Part shown: positions 57,708-64,000 of the stretch, piece after piece | Numbering within the stretch: position 1 is the first letter of the stretch | Layout of the letters: each line of letters starts with the position of its first letter | Source: Ferruginibacter sp. | Lineage (GTDB): Bacteria > Bacteroidota > Bacteroidia > Chitinophagales > Chitinophagaceae | Direction of reading: 5' to 3' | DNA: 64,000 nt | Assembly: GCA_031408295.1 (NCBI GenBank) | Contig: JANNVW010000103.1 | Location: 9,270-73,269, forward strand | The notes under the pieces: model-generated | The model's input: the letters and a program-made list of their open reading frames with translations, nothing else | Database searches by the model: none | Told to the model about the DNA's origin: nothing | Translations under genes and position numbers: made by a program

Positions 57708-58136
57708 TTACATTTCGTTAATCTCATCTGCTATTTGTTGCATATCCATATTGTTTTCTGGGTGAGCAATAGCATCTAACTCTTGTTGTATAATTCTTAA
57801 TATTCTTGCACTGTATCTAGTATGCCACAGTTGTCTTTCTTCTGCTTGCTCATCTGTAGGTACAAATGTTTCTATTTCACTTTGCGATAATATTCCTTTT
57901 GCTTCTAATATTCTTTCAATTGTATCCATTCTTTCTCTAACTACTGCTACTTCTGTTGCAATAGCCATGGCGATATTCATTACCCTTTCTGTTTCTTTGC
58001 TTTCAAAAAAATAAGGTCTAGCACCTTTGCTTTTATCGCCAGCCATTGTAATATCATTTACCACAGTTGTATCACCAATTTCATTATTCATTTCACCACT
58101 ACTATGCGAACCACTTAATTCTGTATTGCTACTCAT
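57708..58136 (-). CDS. hypothetical protein
   Basis: 142-aa ORF with a disordered Ser/Asn-rich N-terminus and a helical C-terminal half. No motif recognised. Confidence 0.45.
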   Translation of the reverse strand: MSSNTELSGSHSSGEMNNEIGDTTVVNDITMAGDKSKGARPYFFESKETERVMNIAMAIATEVAVVRERMDTIERILEAKGILSQSEIETFVPTDEQAEERQLWHTRYSARILRIIQQELDAIAHPENNMDMQQIADEINEM

Positions 58137-58159
58137 TTATTTTAATATTTATTAATTAT

Positions 58160-58215
58160 CAAATTTCAACATTGGCAAATTGGCACATTGTCAAATTTTC
58201 ACATTGGTACATTAC
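58160..58215. repeat. period-8 word repeat (CANATTGN x7)
   Basis: caaatttc aacattgg caaattgg cacattgt caaatttt cacattgg tacattac. It fills the whole spacer. Confidence 0.85.
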
Positions 58216-59396
58216 TTCTTCCACCCCCCAAATACATTCCATATAGGGCTTCTTCCATAATCCTCTGTTACTTTACCATCTGTTTTTTTCTTATCTAAAT
58301 CGTTTATTGCTTTTACGCCTACTTGCATAAAATTTTCGTTTGAAACACCTGCCTCTTCCATTAAATCTTGCGGCATTAAATCGTGCATGTGGCCCCAGTA
58401 AGGCTCAGCATTATAGTAGGCATCCCAGTCTCTCATAAACTGTTCGTAAAAACTCATTTCGGCTGTATACTGCGGTTGCTCTATATGCAAATTCAAACCA
58501 TTCGTTTTTGTAACCCTTCCTATTTCTTTAAATATATTATGTATGGCTTTTCCTCCTGTTTCATGCAAGAACATGGTGGTTTGTACCCAGTCAAAGCTGT
58601 CGTTTTCAAAGCCTGCCATTTGCGCTGCATCTGCTTGTATAAATTGTACATTTTTTACACCCAATACATTTGCCCTTGCTGCTCCATACCTGAGCATTGG
58701 TGCCCCTGCATCTATTGCTATTATTTCTGCATCTGGAAATGCCAACGCAATGGGCAATGTATTATGCCCAAGCCCACAACCAATATCTAAAATTCTTTTT
58801 GGCTTAAAATCAGGGTAAGTATCCTGTACCCACTGTGCCACAGCTTTTCCTCCTCCGTCTGTTAATGTACCTAGCATGCCACCACTTGTTACAAATAATC
58901 CACTATCATAATTTGCTGCATTACTTACATCTCCCTCAAAATGTTCTTTATGATAACTGCCAGGCATTAAATGATTATCTACATGTTTTAAATATGCAGG
59001 CACTACAAAATCTTTTTTTAGTTGTAAATTATTGCCACTGTTTTCTTTTGCTTTCAAAGCCAATGCTGCCGCTTGTCTTAGTACTACTGCTCTGCCATTT
59101 TGCTGGCGCATTTCCATTGTACTCCGTCGCAATGCCCCCCAGCATTGATAAATGCTGTCTTTACTTATTGCATCTTTTACCTCGTGCCTATTGGCAAATG
59201 CTCTTCCATTTTCTTTTACAAAATTGGGTTCTACTCTTTTGTCAAAAGCTATTTTATTTCCCGGTGCTATTACTGTACTTACAAAACGATTTAAACAACT
59301 TAAAAAATTATAACGAGCTGTTTCATCATGGCTAAACTCAGGGAAAAGCTGGTGCTTATTGAGTTTGGTGTGTACTGGTGGAAGTTGGTAAGACAT
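58212..59396 (-). CDS. class I SAM-dependent methyltransferase with ~190-aa N-terminal extension
   Basis: Motif I ILDIGCGLGHNT. Its ATG overlaps the stop of the upstream PIN gene (TAATG). Confidence 0.75.
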   Translation of the reverse strand: MSYQLPPVHTKLNKHQLFPEFSHDETARYNFLSCLNRFVSTVIAPGNKIAFDKRVEPNFVKENGRAFANRHEVKDAISKDSIYQCWGALRRSTMEMRQQNGRAVVLRQAAALALKAKENSGNNLQLKKDFVVPAYLKHVDNHLMPGSYHKEHFEGDVSNAANYDSGLFVTSGGMLGTLTDGGGKAVAQWVQDTYPDFKPKRILDIGCGLGHNTLPIALAFPDAEIIAIDAGAPMLRYGAARANVLGVKNVQFIQADAAQMAGFENDSFDWVQTTMFLHETGGKAIHNIFKEIGRVTKTNGLNLHIEQPQYTAEMSFYEQFMRDWDAYYNAEPYWGHMHDLMPQDLMEEAGVSNENFMQVGVKAINDLDKKKTDGKVTEDYGRSPIWNVFGGWKK

Positions 59397-59803
59397 TATT
59401 GTGGTATTAGGTTAGCAAATTCTTCTAAGGTTATTACTTGTACATTTGGAAATTCAATCGATTCTAAAATTGAAAAATGTTTATCATTTGTTACAATAAA
59501 ATCTGCATTTGCGGCAATGGCACAATCAACAAATTTATTGTCATCTAAATCAACAGAAATTAAATTCCATTTGTAGTTAGGAACTATAAATTCAACATTA
59601 TCCATTTCAAAAATTAGTTGAAAAAATATTTTTGACACTTCTTTGTTTAATTTCAATCCTAATATTTCTTCATACTCATAATAAATATCATTGCTTAATA
59701 TTATTGTAAATTCCTTTTCTATCCATTTCCAAAACAAGAAATTGAATTTAGAAGTAGTTGGAAGAATTGAAATGAACGCATTGGTATCAATAACTACTTT
59801 CAT
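59396..59803 (-). CDS. PIN-domain toxin component
   Basis: MKVVIDTNAFISIL N-terminus and C-terminal VDCAIAANADFIVTNDKHF. Confidence 0.75.
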   Translation of the reverse strand: MKVVIDTNAFISILPTTSKFNFLFWKWIEKEFTIILSNDIYYEYEEILGLKLNKEVSKIFFQLIFEMDNVEFIVPNYKWNLISVDLDDNKFVDCAIAANADFIVTNDKHFSILESIEFPNVQVITLEEFANLIPQ

Positions 59804-59805
59804 AA

Positions 59806-60018
59806 TTATTTATTTGTAGCTCTAAAGTGCTCATTTTGCCATTCTTCAATATCTGATTTTGTATAATTTTTTTCGTTTACAGAGGTATCAACAGATTGAC
59901 TCATGCGTTTAGCTAAAAATTTAATTACAAAATCTTTAATTTCTTTTTCTTCCTCTTTTGTATTTACGACACTTAGTGCTCGTAATATATTTATTTGAGA
60001 ATCATTTAATGCACCCAT
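59806..60018 (-). CDS. small protein, putative cognate antitoxin
   Basis: 70 aa. Its stop is 2 nt before the PIN start. Confidence 0.45.
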   Translation of the reverse strand: MGALNDSQINILRALSVVNTKEEEKEIKDFVIKFLAKRMSQSVDTSVNEKNYTKSDIEEWQNEHFRATNK

Positions 60019-60112
60019 AATTTTTTATTTGTGTAAAATTACATAGAATAAGATTATTGCTAACTAACAATTAGCTTTTATTAGGTTTGGTGAAACTGAC
60101 AAAGCAAATCAC

Positions 60113-60673
60113 TCATATCTTTATTTTAATTTTTTTAATAAGCCCATTCACGTGTTCCAAATCAAACTCTTCTGAGTCAAAATCTCCTCCAACCCACTCT
60201 AACATTTCTTTGTGTTCAGGATTTTTTTTATTTGAAATAGCTGCTAGAAAGTTTTCATAGCCCCATGGTCCACCACAATCTTCTGGAGGACAATTCCTTT
60301 GCCCTTTTAAACAAACAGCATAATCAATGTTTTTATCATTTACCAACACTTTTGAAAGTGTTATGGTATGCTCCCAACTATCGCCAAAATCGTATTCATA
60401 TATAATTTTCTTTTTAAAAGAGTTAAAGTAATCTTTCAGCTTTACTTTCTTTGCATCATAAATCTGTCCATAATCATAATCCTTATGAGGAACGGTGATG
60501 TAGTTATTTCTATCAATAACAAATTGAAATAAATGACAATTAAACCATCCCATTGTATGCTGTAAAATCTCATGTAACTGAGAAAATGAGGCATTTTCAG
60601 GCACGATAATATTTCTATAAATTGCAGGTTTAATATTTTTTAATTGTACTTTAAATTGAAGTAAATTACTCAT
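60113..60673 (-). CDS. plasmid pRiA4b ORF-3-like (PRiA4_ORF3 family) protein
   Basis: LQFKVQLKNIKPAIYRNIIVPENASFSQLHEILQHTMGWFNCHLFQF matches the family N-terminal pattern. Confidence 0.7.
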   Translation of the reverse strand: MSNLLQFKVQLKNIKPAIYRNIIVPENASFSQLHEILQHTMGWFNCHLFQFVIDRNNYITVPHKDYDYGQIYDAKKVKLKDYFNSFKKKIIYEYDFGDSWEHTITLSKVLVNDKNIDYAVCLKGQRNCPPEDCGGPWGYENFLAAISNKKNPEHKEMLEWVGGDFDSEEFDLEHVNGLIKKIKIKI

Positions 60674-60691
60674 AATAATTATTTTTTAAAA

Positions 60692-62299
60692 TTAAATTTT
60701 CCCGTATCCCCCTCCACCCGGTAACTCCATCACCAACTCTTCACCAGGCTGTAATTTGTCATGCCCCTTTGGCGGTGTAAATCTTTTTTTACCTTGTAAA
60801 GTTCGTATAAAAACAGCACCCTTTTTCCCTTCTTTTCCACCAAATAAACCATAGGCTTGGTTGTTTATTTTTTCTGTAACGTTGCTTATTTGTATAGGAA
60901 ATTTTCCTATATTTTTATATGCAAAACGTTGGCCATTTCCACCTTTATATTTACCTATACCACCACTATTTTGTATTAAAGATTTTTCTGTAACCAATAC
61001 GGGTGCTGCATTTTCAAATACTTCTATAGGTACATTGGCTACATTGGTTGGGTAACACAATGTAGGTTCACCATCTAATCCTTTTCTACCACCATATCCT
61101 CCTGCAAGAAAAATATATTCTACAAATTCGCTACTATCATCTCTTTTACCACTTAGTACCATTACCCATACGGCAGCACCACAATCTGCTTGCACTTTAT
61201 CGGGCACTGCTTTGCTTAGTGCTTTCATTATTGGCCCATGCAGCAAGTTGCCTGTTACATTTCTTGCACCCAGTGGCGATGGTTTTTTTGCATTTAACAA
61301 ACTTCCTTCTGGTGCCCACACATGTATAGGCCTAAAGCTACCTTCATTGTTTGGTACTTCTGGGCTAAACACACATTTTATAGGATAAGCCGTATATGCA
61401 AAAACATAATTGAGTACCGCATTTATAGCCAAGCTATGTGCAGCAGATGTGCCTGTGTAATCTACAAATATCTCATCTTCTTTTATGGTGACAACACATT
61501 TAAAATGTACAGGCTCTTTTATACCATCACCATCAGCATTGTATTCGCTTTTGTAAGTTCCATTTGGTGCTGCTTTTATAGCTGCACGCATTGCCTTTTC
61601 ACTTGCTGCTATTATTTGAAAACCCAATGCATCTATCTCCAACAAATTATTTTCTTGCATCATTCTATGCAAGCTTTTTATACCTTGGTCATTAGCTGCT
61701 ACCTGTGCTAAAATATCACCAATGGTTTGCTTAGCTGCACGTACATTGGTTTCTATAATATTAAAAATGGCTTCATTTTTTTTACCTGCATCATACAATT
61801 TCATTGGTGGTATGTACAAACCTTCTTCATAAAAATCTTTTGCATTTGCACCCCAAAGCGTACCGCCAATATCTGGTGAATGGGCAATGCAACCTATAAA
61901 ACCAATAAGCCTCACCCCTTGCCCCTCTCCAAAAGAGAGGGGAATGAAAATCGGCGTTACTATTCCTATATCTGGTTTATGTCCTGCACAAAGCCATGGG
62001 TCGTTAGTAATTACCACATCGCCTTGTTTCCAACTTTCTATAGGGAAATAATCTTTTACCAAAGCTTTTACTAAGAATGGAAGCACTCCTAAAAAGGATG
62101 GTACACTTACACTACTTTGTGCCAATGATTGCCCTTTAGTATCCATAAGTACAACCGCAAAATCTGCACTTTCTCTAGTAACAGAAGAAAATGCAGTACG
62201 CTGTAATGTAGTGCCAGCTTCATCTACAATAGATATCAGACGAGCCCATAGTACGCTTAAATCTATTGGGTTAAAAGTATTTTTTTGCTTCGCTTTCAC
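60692..62299 (-). CDS. hydantoinase B/oxoprolinase family protein
   Basis: NPIDLSVLWARLISIVDEAGTTLQRTAFSSVTRESADFAVVL N-terminus and AHSPDIGG. Confidence 0.85.
   Translation of the reverse strand: MKAKQKNTFNPIDLSVLWARLISIVDEAGTTLQRTAFSSVTRESADFAVVLMDTKGQSLAQSSVSVPSFLGVLPFLVKALVKDYFPIESWKQGDVVITNDPWLCAGHKPDIGIVTPIFIPLSFGEGQGVRLIGFIGCIAHSPDIGGTLWGANAKDFYEEGLYIPPMKLYDAGKKNEAIFNIIETNVRAAKQTIGDILAQVAANDQGIKSLHRMMQENNLLEIDALGFQIIAASEKAMRAAIKAAPNGTYKSEYNADGDGIKEPVHFKCVVTIKEDEIFVDYTGTSAAHSLAINAVLNYVFAYTAYPIKCVFSPEVPNNEGSFRPIHVWAPEGSLLNAKKPSPLGARNVTGNLLHGPIMKALSKAVPDKVQADCGAAVWVMVLSGKRDDSSEFVEYIFLAGGYGGRKGLDGEPTLCYPTNVANVPIEVFENAAPVLVTEKSLIQNSGGIGKYKGGNGQRFAYKNIGKFPIQISNVTEKINNQAYGLFGGKEGKKGAVFIRTLQGKKRFTPPKGHDKLQPGEELVMELPGGGGYGKI
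61909..61943. repeat. GC-rich palindromic mini-element embedded in frame in the hydantoinase B gene
   Basis: cccctctc-caaaa-gagagggg (61922-61942) within cctcaccccttgcccctctccaaaagagagggg. It encodes PLSFGEGQGVR on the minus strand. Confidence 0.6.
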
Positions 62300-62314
62300 A
62301 TTTTTAAATTTATT

Positions 62315-64000
62315 CTAGATTATATCAATTACAATATTTTTATACTCATCTATTACAACCGTACTATTATGCCCCACCACTGTTGTGCTTTCAAATTCCT
62401 CAATAATGCATGGTCCTTTTATTTTTTTATTTGGCTCAATAGAATAACGGTCATACACAGGGGTTTCTTCATATCCATTTCCCCAATATACTTTTCTTTT
62501 TCCTTTTAATGCTTTACTATGTTTTCCAATTATTGCTTGCTTAGGTATTAGTTCTGGCGAAGGGCCATTAACCAACACACGCCATGTTACAGATTCAATT
62601 GGAATATTATCAATATCTCTGCCATATCTTAACCTGTATTCTATTTTAAAATTTTGTTCTATTTCAGTAACTGATTTTTCAGATAATTTCCCTGTAGGAA
62701 TTGCTATGGTAATCTCATGCCCTTGTCCTGTGTAACGCATATCTGAAACGATGCTCACTTTTCCATCCTTATTTTTTATACCTGCTTTTTGTAAAAATGC
62801 AAATCCCTTCTGTTGCATATCTGCAATCATGGAATTTACTTTTTTCCAATCCATCATATCTAATCTGCAAACATAGCTGGCTATTTCTTCGGTGGCTACT
62901 GGGCTTACTAAAAAGCCTAAAGCACTTAATACACCAGCACCTGCGGGAATAATTAATTGTGGTGCATTCATTAACCTTGCTACATTAAAAGCATGTATAG
63001 GCCCAGCGCCACCAAATCCAAGCATAGAAAAAAAGCGTGGGTCTAATCCTTTTTCTATGATATGAACTCTGGCAGCATTTGCCATATTTTCATTTACAAT
63101 TCTATGTATACCCCAAGCCGCTTCTTCTACAGATATTTTGAGGGGGTCTGCTATTTTCTTTTTCATGGCAGCAATGGCTTTGTCTTTTTTCAAGGTCATT
63201 GTTCCACCTAAAAAATAATCTTCATTTAAAAAACCTAGTATTAAATCCGCATCTGTTACGGTTGGGTTTTCTCCTCCTTTATCATAACATGCTGGCCCTG
63301 GGGAAGAGGATGCGCTCTCTGGCCCTACAGTTAATAATCCTAAATTATTTATATGTGCAATACTACCTCCACCTGCACCTATTTCTATCATATCTATTAC
63401 TGGAATACGAACGGGTAAGCCACTTCCTTTTTTAAATCGTTTTTCTCTTGCAGCTTCAAAGTGGTTGGTTATTTCTGGCTGCAAATTTCTTATCATACTT
63501 GCCTTGGCAGTAGTGCCGCCCATATCAAATGCTACTAAATCTTTTTTACCTATTAATTTACCAAAATACACCCCAGCCATTGTGCCGCCTGCTGGTCCAC
63601 TTTCTAATAAATGTACGGGTGTTTTTCTTGCACCTTCTACTGTGGTAAGCCGCCCAGCACTATTCATAATATGTATAATACCGCTAAAGCCTAGTTGTTG
63701 CAAATTGCTATTTAAGTTTTTTAAATATTGGTCTGTAAGCGGCTGCACATAAGCATTCATAACCGTTGCACTTGTACGCTCATACTCTCGTATCTCTGGC
63801 ATTACTTCGCTACTCAATGAATAAGTAAGCGCAGGAAATTTCTTTTTTAGTAACTCCCCAATTTGTTTTTCGTGCTTTGTACTGGCATAAGAATGTAGCA
63901 AGGAAACAGCCACACTTTGCACGCCTTTTTTCTGCAAAGCCAATAAAGATTTTTCTACAGCTTCTATATTTATTTTCTCTAAAACCTTGCCGTTTTTATC
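62315..64000 (-). CDS. hydantoinase A/oxoprolinase family protein (5' end outside window)
   Basis: The frame stays open to nt 64000 (...DKNGKVLEKINIEAVEKSLLALQKKG...), so the track ATG at 63943 is internal. Confidence 0.85.
   Translation of the reverse strand, partial: DKNGKVLEKINIEAVEKSLLALQKKGVQSVAVSLLHSYASTKHEKQIGELLKKKFPALTYSLSSEVMPEIREYERTSATVMNAYVQPLTDQYLKNLNSNLQQLGFSGIIHIMNSAGRLTTVEGARKTPVHLLESGPAGGTMAGVYFGKLIGKKDLVAFDMGGTTAKASMIRNLQPEITNHFEAAREKRFKKGSGLPVRIPVIDMIEIGAGGGSIAHINNLGLLTVGPESASSSPGPACYDKGGENPTVTDADLILGFLNEDYFLGGTMTLKKDKAIAAMKKKIADPLKISVEEAAWGIHRIVNENMANAARVHIIEKGLDPRFFSMLGFGGAGPIHAFNVARLMNAPQLIIPAGAGVLSALGFLVSPVATEEIASYVCRLDMMDWKKVNSMIADMQQKGFAFLQKAGIKNKDGKVSIVSDMRYTGQGHEITIAIPTGKLSEKSVTEIEQNFKIEYRLRYGRDIDNIPIESVTWRVLVNGPSPELIPKQAIIGKHSKALKGKRKVYWGNGYEETPVYDRYSIEPNKKIKGPCIIEEFESTTVVGHNSTVVIDEYKNIVIDII

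Noticed and set aside
58383-59335. Several plus-strand ORFs (58383-58790, 58543-58818, 58835-59335, 59100-59294)
   Set aside because: All are antisense to the methyltransferase gene with a clear SAM motif. They are Cys/Leu-rich shadow translations.
1-64000. tRNA, rRNA, IS transposase or integrase genes
   Set aside because: None of the ORF translations show DDE, tyrosine- or serine-recombinase motifs. No rRNA-like or tRNA-like conserved strings were spotted on either strand. An eye scan cannot exclude small RNAs.

Overview
AT-rich bacterial chromosome segment with strong Bacteroidota signatures: a T9SS C-terminal sorting domain, a flexirubin/aryl-polyene-type type II FAS/PKS-like cluster, LolA-like and lipoprotein genes, and TAnnTTTG-like -7 boxes. 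No tRNA, rRNA, CRISPR array, transposase or integrase was recognised. Layout: (1) nt 1-24,700 hold a flexirubin-type pigment cluster. It has an ABC exporter, two mirrored ACP-KS-CLF modules, a third KS, a FabZ-like dehydratase, a thioesterase, a flavin halogenase, an O-methyltransferase, a CrtI-like oxidoreductase, a LolA-like protein and a deacetylase. The cluster is split by a ~5.4 kb AT-rich insertion (13,132-18,686) bounded by 56-bp direct repeats that duplicate the 3' end of a KS gene. The insert carries a tight operon of secreted proteins (Sel1/T9SS protein, Cys-rich-repeat protein, two paralogous JAB/MPN-like domains) plus a divergent XRE regulator. (2) nt 25,800-32,410 form an accessory islet bracketed by GGGGTTTCRC hairpin repeats. 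It contains a Phd/VapC toxin-antitoxin pair and a giant Mrr-like nuclease + NACHT/STAND NTPase ORF. That ORF continues in frame across a single TAG into a further 354 codons, making it the best candidate for an undescribed defence system. (3) nt 32,400-57,000 are housekeeping: pullulanase, ECF sigma/anti-sigma, a radical SAM Mqn-like enzyme, an M16 peptidase pair, a glycosyltransferase locus, MeaB, CoaX, LptC, AKR, ArsC-family, OsmC and SDRs. (4) nt 57,100-64,000 are one same-strand array: hydantoinase A/B, a pRiA4_ORF3-like gene, a PIN toxin-antitoxin pair, an atypical methyltransferase, an unknown gene and a SnoaL-like gene. Many intergenic spacers consist of short-period (7/8/10/14 nt) 'word' repeats. 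All family assignments rest on motifs read by eye; no database search was possible.
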